Origin: Octopus sinensis
Lineage: Eukaryota
Assembly (NCBI RefSeq): GCF_006345805.1
Contig: NC_043001.1
Location: forward strand, 5,642,001 to 5,706,000
DNA length: 64,000 bases
Direction: 5' to 3'
Under the pieces are notes generated by a model. It saw only the letters and a program-made list of their open reading frames with translations, was not told the origin of the DNA and searched no databases. Shown here in pieces: positions 25,903 through 40,416 of this stretch; the stretch's first letter is position 1; each line of letters opens with the position of its first letter. The translations under genes were made by a program, and so were the position numbers.

Positions 25903-27888
25903 TGTTATTTGAAACGCCACTATGAAGCAAGTCACAAAAGCTTTTCAGGTGATTATCAACCTAAACGAAGCTGCCACAATGACTGAAGCCAGTACTAAAC
26001 GCCCATATTCTTATGGCGAATTAGTTTAGAAGAACATAGCTAAAGTAGTTGCTGTGGTAGATCCAAATAAGACAAGAAACCAGCGACTTATAACACAAAC
26101 ACCAGTTTCACGCCACAGTATAGAAAATCATATCTCTCAGATCAGTGTTGATGTTGCAGGCAACATGTAAAATGGTTTTTAAAAATTCTGTTGCATTCAG
26201 CTTAAGTCTTGACGAATCAACAGAAATACAACACAACCCACAACTGTCAGAATTTATTCGTTATGTTTTCTCTGATGTAACTGTGAAAGGAGCGACGTTA
26301 GACTTGGTGGCTTTCAAAGAATCAATTCATGGTGTTGACATTAAAGTACGCTTGACAGAAACTTTAAAAATGCTGATGTTCAGCTGAATAAACGCTTTAG
26401 TGTTGCAACACATGGAGCACCTGCAATGGAGGGGAAAATGTAGGATGAATTGCACTTTATGCAAAACGATCCCATCTTTGCAGAGTTCCTCCCTGTTCAA
26501 AGCGATATCCATCGTGAACAGCTGGCAGAAAGATACTTCAAGTATGAGGATGTTATGAAATCTGTCCCCGAATTTGTCATTTCATGTGAGTAAATGGGAA
26601 GAGTCACCGACAGGTCAGAAGTTTTATTGAAGAACTGAATCTTGAAGATAAACCCAGTGATATCTCTTTCTACTGAACTGTGAAGTGGCTATCATCCAGC
26701 TGTGTGTTGAGTAGGTTTGTTCATATGTTGGAGCTCGTTATTACTTTTATTAAGGAAAAGAAAAAAACCCTATCCCCAACTGGGAAATGATGAATGTTTG
26801 CAACATCTGATGCTCCTTACGGACACAATGAATCGTCTACAAACCCTCAACTTGGCTCTCCAAGGGAGGAATAATATTGTTTCTGATCTTACTCAGCTTT
26901 CAGAATGAAATAAGAGTTTTTTCAAAGAGACATATTGTCAAGAAATTTCAGACACTTTCCCAATCACAGTAGGAGAGTAAATATATTCCATGATATTGCA
27001 ACAAAAGACCACAGACTGGAAGAATACAAAGAAAAATTACGAGGACTGCTTGATAATTTCTTCGCCAAACTTGATGACTAGCGGAAGCTGAAACCCTGCT
27101 TCGCCTTTCTTGTAAATCATTTTGTGGTTGATGTGGTTAATGATGGATGTCTAATTTCCGAAGCTCTTGTAACGGAATCATCTGCTGTAGAAATGAAATT
27201 AATGGAATTACACGCGGACCTGGATCTAAAGATGGTCCATTAACCCCAGTCTACAATTGATTTCTGGAAATATCATATTCTAAACTGAAGAAAGTTATTG
27301 TGCGGCTTTCCCAATTTTCAGTTAAGTATACTGCTGGGAATCATTGTATTCTGTAATGAAGTTTTTGAATTCGAGGCGTCATGTAATCCTCACAAATCAT
27401 CATACAGCGATGTCAACGTATCAGCCAGATATTCAAAAACACACAGCCAGGATGGAGACCCACAAAACTTCTACGAACAGTAAATAGCGGCTTTATAAGC
27501 CCAATATTTGTACCATTTTCTGTATATCATAAATCCTTCATGATAAGAATATAATTTTGTAAGGAGGTATCTAAAATATCTAAAATTTTATTAATTTGCT
27601 TTTATTGCATATTTTTCTTCAGGTTTTTCAACAGATATTTAAAAGAATCATTAGTCAAGATGTTGAAAACGTTTGTTATTTATATGTTTTATTTGTAACT
27701 ACAGAAACCAATACAAATTAATAATCTAAAAAAAAACTGCTTACATGAATAAATATTATTGCAAAAATGTATTTCATTATATTCATATAGAAAGTTTGTA
27801 ACAAAAATATGTGTAAATTTTGTTCATGTCTCGCGGCTCTCAAACATCTGAACTTTATCGAATGTGGTTCTTACATTAAGCAAGTTTG
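25903..27888 (+). mobile_element. Decayed hAT DNA transposon (Charlie/SPIN/GTF2IRD2-like transposase pseudogene)
   Basis: LKRHYE, AFSLSLDESTEIQHNPQLSEFIRYV, GAPAM, IHREQL, LNLALQG, and a hATC-like C-terminus. Subterminal GCGGCTCT..GTGGTTCTTACATTAAGCAAGTTTG typical of hAT ends. Confidence 0.88.
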
Positions 27889-28983
27889 TGTTTGTGTGTG
27901 TGTGTATGTGTGTGTGTATGTGTGCATGTGTGAGTGTGCTCCTACATATGTACAACACCAAATAACTACGAAAACGAAACTATTCGTAGCGAAATTGCCT
28001 CACACGGAACACACTTTGACGTAAGAAACGACAAGAATTTAGTGCGAGGTTATACTGCTAATCCTATTACGATGACTTTCCTAATCTTATTAATGTTTAT
28101 CGAAAACACATCATAATCCGTCATTCATATCAGACATTTGCTTGTTCGGGGCGAAACGTCTTTTTTTCTACGAGGTGATATTTTTCTTCTAGTTCGCGTA
28201 TGAGTGAACAGCCTTCTTACCAAAGTAGTTCCTACAATAAATATGTCAACGACTTACAAATCCATGACTATATAGTTCACTATCTCGCTCGTTTCTTCTT
28301 TAATATGATACGTCTGCTATTTCTAGCAGCCTGAATGACCATTTAGAGATTCCTAAATTTTCTAGCCTATGATTCTGTTTAAGACACATAGATGTTAATG
28401 AGATAACCCTAAAACACATTGTGGACCTAGTGTTACAGTGAATAAAAATGTGTTACTGGTAGAATAACGGATAAATGGAAAGAACCCATTTGTATTTCAG
28501 AATATGTGCTCTTAAAACGAAAAATACACCGCAAGAATAATTAAGTTTCAAATATTTTGCCGGAATACAAGTATTCTTCGGAATATAGGTTTTGCATTAC
28601 ATTACTAAGACATTTCAAATTATATTTTCTGCAAGGTTTAGGAATCTAATCATTGAAGAAAAACATCAATTTCATTCTATCACATTTTCTTGCTAACGAG
28701 GTATAGAGGTCTGCACATCGTTAGTTATAACACAATCTTAACTGTGTATCGAGATCTACTTAGTAAGAGCAAAAGAAACTAATTATCGATATTGAACAGA
28801 AGGATTGAATGGAAATAAACAACGGAAAACTAATGGACGAGACCGAGAACATCTGTTGGGCGTTTAATGTATTCTGGACACTGAAGACTATTACTATTGT
28901 TGTGGTTGTTGTTAATAATAATGATAATAATAATAATAACAACAACGGAAACAACAACAACAACACAACAACAACACAACAAC

Positions 28984-29033
<50 letters not shown>

Positions 29034-29052
29034 TAATAATAATAATAATAAT

Positions 29053-29400
29053 GATGACAACGTGTCTCTAAAAGAAATGGAGAAACTCTCAAAATACAAA
29101 GACCTGGAAAAAGAGGTAACTAGAATGTGGAACCTGAAAACAGAAACAATTCCTATCATAGTAGGTGCATTAGGCATGATAAAAAAAATATTCAGACAAA
29201 TACATAACAAAAACACCAGGACTTACAAACACATATAACATACAGAAAATTGCACTACTAGGCACTGCACACATCCTACGCAGAACACTTTCCATACAAT
29301 AACCATCAGAGCATCACAACAAATCACAGCACATACCCAAGGCACACAGAGCTGCGCTCGGTAGTGAAGTGAAAGCACGCTATAAACATAAAACTACTGA
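29053..29400 (+). mobile_element. 3' fragment of an R4/Dong-clade LINE in (TAA)n
   Basis: DDNVSLKEMEKLSKYKDLEKEVTRMWNLKTETIPIIVGALG. (AAT)n on both flanks. Nearly identical to 31225-31570. Confidence 0.92.
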
Positions 29401-29503
29401 ATAATAATAATAATAATAATAATGATAATAATGATAATAATAATAATAATAATAATGAGAAGAGGAAAAAGAAGAAAAACAACAAGAACAAGAAGGAGGA
29501 GTT

Positions 29504-29546
<43 letters not shown>

Positions 29547-29579
29547 CAGTAGAAGAAGAAGAAGAAGAAGAAGAAGAAG

Positions 29580-29609
<30 letters not shown>

Positions 29610-29610
<1 letters not shown>

Positions 29611-29701
29611 GTCCTGATGCAGTACCAGGCACTGGTTCTCATGGCTTGTGATTTTAACTCACTGGCAGTGTCATCATGTACACACTAATGTCTTGGTATA
29701 A

Positions 29702-29762
<61 letters not shown>

Positions 29763-30823
29763 ATTTGGCTCAAAAGCAAATAGCAGGGCCATGTAGAGGG
29801 ACATGGAGTTAAGTACAGGGTGGTGTTCATGTAAAGAGTTCAGGCCAATTGAGGTCAAGGAAGGCTTTGAACCGAGCGGTCGTCGGCATCTTCACCATCT
29901 CGTCTGGCAGCTTGTTCCACGGATCCGCAACCCGGACGGAGAAAGCTCCTCTCCTTCGATTGAGATGAAATCGTTGCAGGTAGAGCTTTTCGGAATGACC
30001 CCGCAGCCGACCCTCTGGAGCAGGAGTGAAGAACAGCTCTTTCAAGAGGTTACACTTTCCGCTTATGATGCTGTGGGCGAGAATGAGATCACCATAGCGG
30101 CGGCTTTTTTCTAGAGAATAAAGGTCGAGCGTCCTCAGCCTTTCTTCATAGGACAAACTTTTGAGACCATGAACCATGCGGGTAGCCAGCTTCTGGACTC
30201 TTTCGAGATGCTGTATGTCTTTGAGGAGATAAGGAGAAGAGGCTTGAATCCCGTATTCCAATATGGGTCTCACCAGCGTGACATAGAGTGGTAGGAATAT
30301 GGCTGCTGTGAGCATTCCGAATGACCGTCGAATCAAGAACAGAATTCCGCGTGCTTTGTTGGCAGCATGGATGCACTAGGCCGAAGGCGAAAAGGAGGAA
30401 TCCACCAAGATACCCAGGTCCTTTACCTGATCGGTCCTCTCCAGCAGCAGACGTCCCGGCTCGAAATCAAGTTGAGTTGCAGGAGGAGAGCCAACAGGCA
30501 GATGACAGCACATTGACACGTTCAGACACAGGTCCCATTCGTTACAGCAAATATTCTGCTCAATACCACAGATATGCTGCTTAGTTGCTTGATCTTAATC
30601 AGTTGAGCTCGTCGCTTAGTAGCTAACGATATGAGCATCTCTGATCACAAGCAGCAGTACTGGAGGAGCATGATAGCCATGTGTTGAGAGGAATTCTTTG
30701 GGGATTTCAATAATTCACCCCTGGAAACATGCGTGTTTCATTCAACATTCTTAAACAACCTGTATTCAGGGATCTGCTGCCCACCTAAAGGTCATGCGCT
30801 GTCTATCACGATATGAAATCACC
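29610..30823 (+). mobile_element. Non-coding repeat X (same family as 45754-46310), split by a CR1 insertion: 29610-29703 and 30541-30823
   Basis: Both parts align collinearly with the reverse complement of 45754-46310 (CCTGATGCAGTACC..GTCTTGGTATAAA | TACAGCAAATATTCTGCTCAATACCACAG..ATCACC). Confidence 0.85.
29704..30540 (-). mobile_element. 5'-truncated CR1 LINE (second family) with (TAAC)n tail
   Basis: VKDLGILVD..LYVTLVRPILEYG..LERVQKLATRMV..LSYEERL..LRGH..FSVRVADPWNKLP (ORF 29827-30336). Tail at 29704-29762. Confidence 0.93.
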
Positions 30824-31566
30824 TTTTAATTGCAGCACAAGACCAAAGCCTCCCCACCAGAAATTACCAAAAACATGTAATGAAAAGAAATATTACAAGT
30901 AACTGCAGAATATGTGGAGATGGACAAGAAACAATAAATCATATTATCTCTAGCTGCCCAGTCTTGGCTAAGAAAGAATATATTCACAGACATGACAGAG
31001 TTGGAACCTACATACATTGGAAGCTATGCCAACATTATGGAATAACAACAGAAAAAAGATGGTATAGGCACAAACCAGAAAAGGTCACAGAAAACGAGAA
31101 AGCAACCATACTCTGGGATATGCCGATACACACAGATAGAGAAATTAAGGCCAACAGACCAGATATAGTTGTCAGAGATCATGAAGAAAAAAAATGCTTT
31201 CTAATTGATGTATCAATACCGGCTGATGACAACGTGTCTCTAAAAGAAATGGAGAAACTCTCAAAATACAAAGACCTGGAAATAGAGGTAACTAGAATGT
31301 GGAATCTGAAAACAGAAACAATTCCTATCATAGTAGGTGCATGAGGCATGATAAAAAAATATTCAGACAAATACATAACAAAAACACCAGGACTTACAAA
31401 CACATATAACATACAGAAAATTGCACTACTAGGCACTGCACACATCCTACGCAGAACACTTTCCATACAATAACCATCAGAGCATCACAACAAATCACAG
31501 CACATACCCAAGGCACACAGAGCTGCGCTCGGTAGTGAAGTGAAAGCACGCTAAAAAATAAAACTA

Positions 31567-31570
<4 letters not shown>
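30824..31570 (+). mobile_element. 5'-truncated R4/Dong-clade LINE (CCHC knuckle + PD-(D/E)xK restriction-like endonuclease), (AAT)n tail
   Basis: LIAAQDQ..CRICGDGQETINHIISSC..RHDRV..LWD..NRPDIVV..LIDVSIP (ORF 30880-31344). Confidence 0.95.
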
Positions 31571-31646
<76 letters not shown>

Positions 31647-31651
31647 TGATA

Positions 31652-31703
<52 letters not shown>

Positions 31704-32032
31704 GTAATGATACTAATAATAGTATTAATATTAATATCAGAAATTATCTATTCACCAAACTGCTACCCAACTTTTCCCTCAAACAATTCTAGTGGTGGTG
31801 ATGGTGATAATGATAAAAATAAATATTAATTATAATAATAATATGCTGCAGTTGGCGATACTAAATATTAATAACACTACATTAGTTCTACAACTATAAC
31901 TATTATGATAGCAGAGAAATCAATTCTTGTCTATTGCTAACTTTCTTGCCGGTGCAGATGTCAGGGATGTCTGACACATGCGCTGAGAAAACCACGTTAC
32001 TTTGAGAAACAACCAATTGCTATCGGATGTTT

Positions 32033-32086
<54 letters not shown>

Positions 32087-32454
32087 CAAGATGTGGGTGT
32101 GTGCGTGTGTGCGTGTGTGCGTGTATGTATGTATGTATGTATGTATATATGCTGAGTTTCTTTCATTCTGCGCTGCCACATCCAATCATAAGGTGATGTA
32201 AAATGTTGCACGCGTATAGTGCGAAGACGCCAACGGTATACCAGAAACAATTTTTACCAACAATGGAAGTCACGGTTACATCCAAATCCTATTACAGGTT
32301 ATTCAACTGGGAGCAAGAACGGGTTACGAGATTTGCAGAAGCAACGAACAAATGAGTTTCATGGATGTATATATGGAGTAGGATCTCTATATACAGAACG
32401 AAGAAAAATAAAGATAAAGTGCAACCTGTATGATCTCTGTCGAGATTAAAGCAC

Positions 32455-32660
32455 AGAGCTGGCAAAACTGTTAGCAAACGCGGCAAAAGCCTTCGCAGAT
32501 TTTCCATCGTCTTTAGGTTTTGAGTTCATATTCTGCCAAGGTCGACTTTGCCTTTCATACTTTCGGTGTCATTAAAAGAAGTACCAATTGAAATCTGGGA
32601 TCGACGTACACGTTTCTTCTCCACAAATTTCAAGCCTGCTGCCTATAAAAGAAAGAATTC
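32455..32660 (+). mobile_element. SINE family A, decayed copy with alternative tail
   Basis: GAGTTCATATTCTGCCAAGGTCGACTTTGCCTTTCATACTTTCGG core. Confidence 0.7.
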
Positions 32661-33734
32661 TCTCTATCGATAGTCGGAAATGTGAACGCGCTTCAGTTTT
32701 AGTGGCACTTATATTGAAGACAAATAAAGTAAATTACCATGGTAGCCTAGTGGTTCGGCTAAATAAAGACAGGTTCAGTAGCAGACACAAACATGTTTTC
32801 TGCTGTGTATTTGCTCGAATACTTACTTCAAGGTTGTTCCCTCGTACGGCCTGAGTCCAAATAAGAAGCATATTGTATATCAGCAGGGAAAATACATGTC
32901 TCACTAAAAATTATATCTGCGGTCGATACTTTAATACGAGCTAATAAATGATATATTTCAGACCTTCACTAATTGTTTTACCTGCATATTAGGTGAGATG
33001 AATTACTAGAAAGATTCTCGGATAATCATCTCTTTACACCTCAGCACATCTAGGACAAAGCAGGCGGAGAGGGGAAGAGGGGTATGTAGCATGATTCCCT
33101 CATTTCAGAATTGAACAATAAAAATGAAGTGCCATACTCAACAATACAACATACCACATAGTCTTTGAATCAAACTCGCAACTATACGGTCGCTTGTTTA
33201 GCTCCTTTGACATATGAGTCATATGCTGTCGAAAAGGACTACTCCAAACCAATAACGGTGTAATGGAAAAAGAAATGTCCACCAATAACGTTTGCAGTCT
33301 TCCACAGCAAATCATTACCAATAAGAATCATTACGATTAAGACCCAGTGAATCATTACCAGCAAATCATTACCAATAAGACCCACTTACCAATAAAAAAG
33401 CTCTGATTCCTTTTATTTAACTCAAGAATGAATCTTATCAACCCTACTCGAGCTATTACGCTGTAGCGATGAAAAAAGTATCTACAAGCCTAATTATTTT
33501 AAAAATTGTTTAAAATTTCAACTTAGAGAATAAAATGAGTATGGATAGCAATAAATGTACGGCCAAACTATCATAAAATATATATTTAGATACCCGAAGA
33601 GAACAAGAAATTGGACGCAGCAAACGAGGCATGCAAATTGTTACACAGAAGATGTAATTGATGTAATATTAGACACCAACACACTCACATTTCACATGCA
33701 GATACACGCGCTTAAACACATGTAAAGGAAAGTT

Positions 33735-33765
<31 letters not shown>

Positions 33766-34510
33766 CAGAGAGAGAGACACACACACACAGAGACAGAGAG
33801 AGAGAGAGAGTATAAGGGTCCAGTCTCTCAAAGTTTAAACGCCAAAACCAATTGTCAGAAAAAGGTGGTTAGACATTCTCAATTTTTAAAAAGTAGACGT
33901 CAACAAGATCGGAAGTGATTAGACGAGTTACACGATAAAAGAAATATTGGTTAACAAACGTTCTAAAGCTGCTACCCCAAGAGAAAGATATAAAACACCA
34001 ACAGTGAAGAAGGAGGGCAGTGCTTGTAAGAAACAGAAAACAATAGCGACGTAAACGAAGTGAGAGAAGAAATTACCAAGCAACGGAAGATGTAATCTGA
34101 TTACTGGTTTCAAGAATGTAAAGAATGAGAAAATAAACTGAATATAGATGCATATGCATACATGTATGTATGTATGAATATATGTATGTTTAAAGCAAGG
34201 AGATAAGAAATGTAAACTAATTACACAAGAGAAAATAGATTTAGATATGAAGAAAACGACTAAAATGATTCCAGAAAAAAAATGAGCGAAAGTTTTAAAA
34301 TTTAGAGAAAGTTACAAGCGATAAAAGTTTTTAAAAAGTATTCACTGAATGGATAATACCTGACAATTAGGGAGAGAGGAATTGTGAGTTTTTGCATTAA
34401 AAGCTGAAGGCTCAAGTCTACTCTCAGATGCAGACGACGACAGGAAATATCAGAGCTGTCACAAGGGACAAGACATAATTCTTAATTCCTACTACATTAT
34501 GTTATATATA

Positions 34511-34740
34511 TATTTCTTTACTGCCCACAAAGGGCTAAACATAGAGGGGACAAACAAGGACAGACAAACGGATTAAGTTGATTACATCGACCCCAGAGCG
34601 AAACTGGTACTTTATTTATCGACCCCGAAAGGATGAAAGGCAAAGTCGACCTCGGCGGAATTTGAACTCAGAACATAGCGCAGACGAAATACCGCTAGGT
34701 TTTTCGTCCGGCGCGCTAACGTTTCTGCCGGATCGCCGCC
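34511..34740 (-). mobile_element. SINE family A monomer, Tx1-type tail
   Basis: Close match to 8863-9099 and 36799-37030. Confidence 0.92.
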
Positions 34741-34750
34741 ATTATGCTAT

Positions 34751-34786
<36 letters not shown>

Positions 34787-36267
34787 CCACATATACATAT
34801 ATATGTATGTGTCTGTGTTTGTCAGTGTTTACATACATAAATATGCATGTCTGTATACATACGCATATATATGCATGAATTAGATGCATGCATTGTGTAA
34901 TATATTTTACCATTTAAATTTGTTAAGGAATGTGAACGTTAAAGGTATCCTTTTAAACAGCTGCAACTGAAAGTTTGCAATTATTAAAAAAGGGGAATGT
35001 AATCCATGAATGAATAACGTTCTTCATTTTCCAGCAGAGAAATTAAAGAATTCTAGACAAACACACTTGAGACTATGGTCAACGCTTACAATTCCGAAAT
35101 ATAATATAACAAAAAATAGATAAGAAATAAATGAAATTTGAATTTTAAATGATTATTTTACAGGACAAGTGGCAGAAAGCTCTCAAGGAGAAATGTGTTT
35201 CTATTGTAATCATGGTATTTGTTTTATTGCTATTGGCAAATTGCAAGCAATTCTATATTTACGCTTGCGCATTGAGCTTTACTTTGTCATGTGATATATA
35301 TCTATGGCAAGAAAGAAATGTGTTAGTGATCGCGCAATATCACACGTTTCAAACATAGAGATTGAGAAAAAATATCATCTCAAGATTAATATAATCACTA
35401 TGGATTCAAACTAGGATTCATAGTTATTTCGAAAGGTATCATTAATCTAGAATACCAATACAATAACTACCGAAGAATTGCATTTCAATTTTTTAAAAGG
35501 TTTTAATTAAACTGCAACGCAATCGTCTTTCAATCCCAGGAAAATACAAAAAGAAAATGTAAACGCTAACATGACTGTGTTTTCAGAAATTCGTTTTGAA
35601 AACAAGAATCCCGTATGTTCACGCCCAGTTACATTTCTCGGCAGATTAAGTAATGTATTCCTACAAAGGAGCAGGTTTGACCAGTATATGGTGAAGAACT
35701 TTCGTACACAAATGCTATGTCAAGAATTGATGAATAAATATAATGATTTACAGAAGTGCGGCTGTGTAGTGAGAAGTTTGCTTCTGAACCAAATGTTCTT
35801 GATTTCAGTTCCACTGCGTGCCAACTTCAACGTGTGTCTTTTACTATAAACTCTGGCTCACCAAATATATGCTTCTGAACGTATTTGCCTGATGGAAACT
35901 GAAGGAGCGTATCGCATTTACACATATCGCTAAATATGTGTGATAGATTCTCTATTCCAAATTATAAGAAAGGAAACAAATTCTTTGAGATATCTTTAAT
36001 GGTTTATTACAATCGTTTCTAAACCAAGTCTGCTTGAAACTGCAACGTTATTTTACGCAAGATTTTGTAGTAGAAATTTTCATAATGCTTGCGGTTTTAG
36101 ACTTACGACGGACGCTTCATCAGACTTGCATCAAAGCTGCATGTTCACAATGTGGAAGTGCACATTTGATGCAAGGCTGATGAAACATACACGCGCACGA
36201 ACACACACACACACACACACGTATATGGAGAAGAAAAGGAATGAAAACAATGAAAGTGGAGAAGAAG

Positions 36268-36299
<32 letters not shown>

Positions 36300-36798
36300 T
36301 GAAGGCGAGAGAAATGGCTGTCACAGACGAATTAGGAGAGGAATTGGTTGAAGTTTAAGCAAAATATTGTGAAAAGAGAAAGAGAAAAATGCAAGAATAA
36401 ACTGAAGTCAAGGGTTATATGTATATATGGTGTAGCTTTATTTAGTGATTTTATGTTAATGTGAGGAAAGGGTTCCAGCGATGTGGGAGAGTGGATTCCG
36501 TTACAAAAATGAGAGAGAAAGAAGAAAGCAAGACATACACAACGCACGAAATTTGGATGGATACAAAATGAAAACATAACATCCTTCCTTGGTGGAGGTA
36601 ATAACGATAACGACAACAATGGCAAGATCAACGACAACGACGACGATGGCCATGACGATGCACAAAGGCAGGTGGAGAAAAATGTGAACATAAATGTCGA
36701 TCAAATCGCGACGAGCTAGCTACATGATATTTGGCTATGGCTAATATATATACCCATACATATAATTTAGCCTCGATTCTAATATTTCAAAGGTAGAA

Positions 36799-37194
36799 AG
36801 ACGGCGAGCTGGCAGAATCGTTAGCACGCTGGGTGAAATGCTTAGCGGTATTTTGTCTGCCGTTACGTTCTGAGTTCAAATTCCACCGAGGTCGACTTTG
36901 CCTTTCACCCTTTCGGGATCGATTAAATAAGTACTAGTTACGCACTGGGGTCGATATAATCGACTTAATCCGTTTGTCTGTCCTTGTTTGTCCCTTTTGT
37001 ATTTAGCCCTTTGTGGGTAGTAAAGAAATAGGTATTTCGTTTACCTTTGCGTTCTGAGTTCAATTTCCACCGAGTTCGACTTGGCCTTTCATCATTTCGG
37101 GGTCAATAAATTAAGTACCAGTTGCATAATGGGGTCGTTCTAATCCACTGTCCACTCCTCCAAAATTTCGAATCTTGTGCCTAGAGTAGAAAAT
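36799..37194 (+). mobile_element. Dimeric SINE family A with 18-bp imperfect TSD
   Basis: AATATTTCAAAGGTAGAA (36781-36798) vs AATATTTCAAAAGTAGAA (37195-37212). Full monomer followed by a headless second monomer starting GGTATTTCG. Confidence 0.88.
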
Positions 37195-38128
37195 AATATT
37201 TCAAAAGTAGAATAAATTACTAGGTTGAACTGCCACCATGATTGTTACCAAATCGGGAATGGATGGAATAAATTTTGTGGTCGAGTAGAAAAAATAGAAC
37301 GATTATGGTGATGTTTACATCAATTTAACGTATTTATCATGGCATGAAATTTGAAAAAAAATGTGTCTTAAAATATTTTCGAATCATCTAATCTACATGG
37401 GTTTGGAACCAATGTTTCATAAGAGCAAAATAATATGGGTACATTTTGGATAAAGCAGCATGTATTATTACAATTGAATTATAATAATATAGCGAAAAAG
37501 ATATTTTGGTGCTTACACAATAATTCATTAAATATGATTGATATTCTCTCTGGAGCAGCGTAAGCTTTCTATTCTATTAATCTCATTTGTGTATAGAAGT
37601 AAAACTTCGAGTTAATATTTACAGTCTCTGTGATATAGAGTTTGCAAAATGAATTATCTACTGTAAAGAGGTAATAACAATAACAATAAAAATAACAAAA
37701 AGCAACAACAATAACAACAACAACAATAATAATGATAATAACAGCGAAGGGGGCGTCGACGACGCTTATGATGCGATGCTGATCATGATGATGTTGAAGA
37801 TGGTGATGATGATGACGTTGATGATGGTGATGATGATGATGATGAGGAGGAGGATGAGGAGGATGACGGTGATGATGATGATGATGATGACAACGATGAT
37901 TATGAGGATGATGATGATCATGATGATGATGATGATGAAGATGATGATGACGATGATGATGATGATAATGATGATGATAATGATGATGATGACAACAATG
38001 ATGATGATGAGTGTGATGACGATGATGACGATATCTGTGATGATCCGCAAAGAAGTAAAATAATAATAACAATAGCAGAAGGATAAATAAAAAAAAACAC
38101 GCTCACGATATTTGTAGCCTAAAAAGAA

Positions 38129-38159
<31 letters not shown>

Positions 38160-38383
38160 TTTATTAGTGATATCATTGGGATATTAGTGAAGCTTTGCAA
38201 TGCTTTGAATTCTACCAAAGTAATCATTTTCTCATGTTGTATTATTGATATCACATAGAATTATTGAATATCTCTATTCTAATTTTCGAAGGTATTCTTT
38301 TCTTACAACGAAATTATGCAAACAACATATTCTTAAAATTCATATTATTATTCGACTTGAAAAATATATGAGATTTTATAAAT

Positions 38384-38458
<75 letters not shown>

Positions 38459-38638
38459 TTTCTTGTTGTTCTTGCTGATTGTGATGATGATGCTGATATT
38501 TGGTAGCAGTAGTAATAGAAGATTTTTTTGTCTCTACTCTAATAAACAGGAAATAAAATCTACATTTTTATCTGAGTCTAGTACCATTTCTATACGTGCG
38601 TGTATACATATATATAAAATACATATGCATATACATAC

Positions 38639-38722
<84 letters not shown>

Positions 38723-38735
38723 ATATATATATTTG

Positions 38736-38767
<32 letters not shown>

Positions 38768-39470
38768 ATATATATATATATATATTTGTATATATATATA
38801 TATGTATATGTATTTTATATACGTATGCAGAAATACATATATGTGTGCGTGTGTGTCTGTATGTGTCTGTGGACGTGTGTATGTGAGTACATAGTTGTAT
38901 GTAAGTACATTTATGTGAAAAAGTACACATTTAGAGGCAGACATTGCTATATCATTCAAAGTATAATAGTTGAACGTGTATGCGATGCAGAGATTCTGAA
39001 CACAGGACAACAACAACAACAAAAATAGATATAATGAAACAACTAACAATATAAGAAATATTTATAAAAAAGAAATCTTCTGTAGCGAATTTGAATACAA
39101 TTTCTTTTCTATTCATATCTGTTCTTTTGTTTATTTATATTTTGTGTATGTGATTCATCGGTTTATATATTATTTGTTTTATTTCACCGAGATCTAAGTT
39201 TACCGGAATGCGTAGCCATTTTGAGACTAAAACATTTCTGAAAACATTCTTAGTGAAGTACACGATAATTGTATTATTTTTGTTATTGTTATCGCCATTA
39301 TCAGTATTATTGTTATTATCAGGAATAATAACAAAAATAATATTAATAAGTTTTGTTATTATTTTTAATGTTTCTTCTCTTTATTCATCTTGTTATTTTT
39401 ATCTTTGTTGTAGTAGATATATACATAACCTATATATATATGTGTGTGTATGCGTGAGTATGTATTTAGG

Positions 39471-39502
<32 letters not shown>

Positions 39503-39503
39503 A

Positions 39504-39550
<47 letters not shown>

Positions 39551-39861
39551 ATATATATTATATATATATATGTATATATGTATGTAGGTAGGTAGGTATA
39601 TATACATATATGTATATACTACTATTTTATTTGTATTTTAAATATTTACTTGTATATTTATTTATCCTTATTAGAACTGTCAATATTGTTCGACTATTTC
39701 ACAAAGTAAAATCTGGATCATTTGTTGCAATTCCTCCAGTGATTATTTGCCCTTATTTACACTAATAATTTCATTTAAGAAATAAAAGAAAAAGAAAAAG
39801 AGAGACCGAGAGAGAAAGATTGAAAGATATACAAAGAGAGAGAGAGAGAGAGAGAGAAAGT

Positions 39862-39902
<41 letters not shown>

Positions 39903-40146
39903 ATATCCAAATCAAGTGATATATCTAAAGAAAAGAAAATTAATTTCTCTGTCTCTATCACTCATCACAATTCGTTTTTGTTTTAATATTTTTATCACCA
40001 AAACAACGATAAAAACTCGAAACAAAAAGCCTTCGAATATTGATTTTTTTTTATTTGATATTTTCTGAGATTTTTTAATTTTTACTCAATGTCTGTTTCG
40101 CTTCTTTGGCTTTGCTTCGTTTCGTTTTATTTATATTGTCTTCTTG

Positions 40147-40214
<68 letters not shown>

Positions 40215-40376
40215 CATTATTATTATTATTATTTCTGTTTTGTATTTTTTATCAATCGAACTGATTTGTTGGCAAGTAAATAATCAGAAAATGTGCGGAA
40301 AGTTTTCGGCAAAATTTTCAGTTCTGTATTCGTTTGCAATTTTATATTCTATTAAATTTTATGCTGGCTGCTGTTT

Positions 40377-40416
<40 letters not shown>

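Noticed and set aside
29704-29762. (TTAG)n as an interstitial telomere
   Set aside because: It is the (TAAC)n tail of the CR1 element, not (TTAGGG)n or (TTAGG)n.
37569-38254. Poly-His, poly-Met and poly-Ile ORFs resembling metal-binding or membrane proteins
   Set aside because: Overlapping frames of (GAT)n/(AAT)n repeats.
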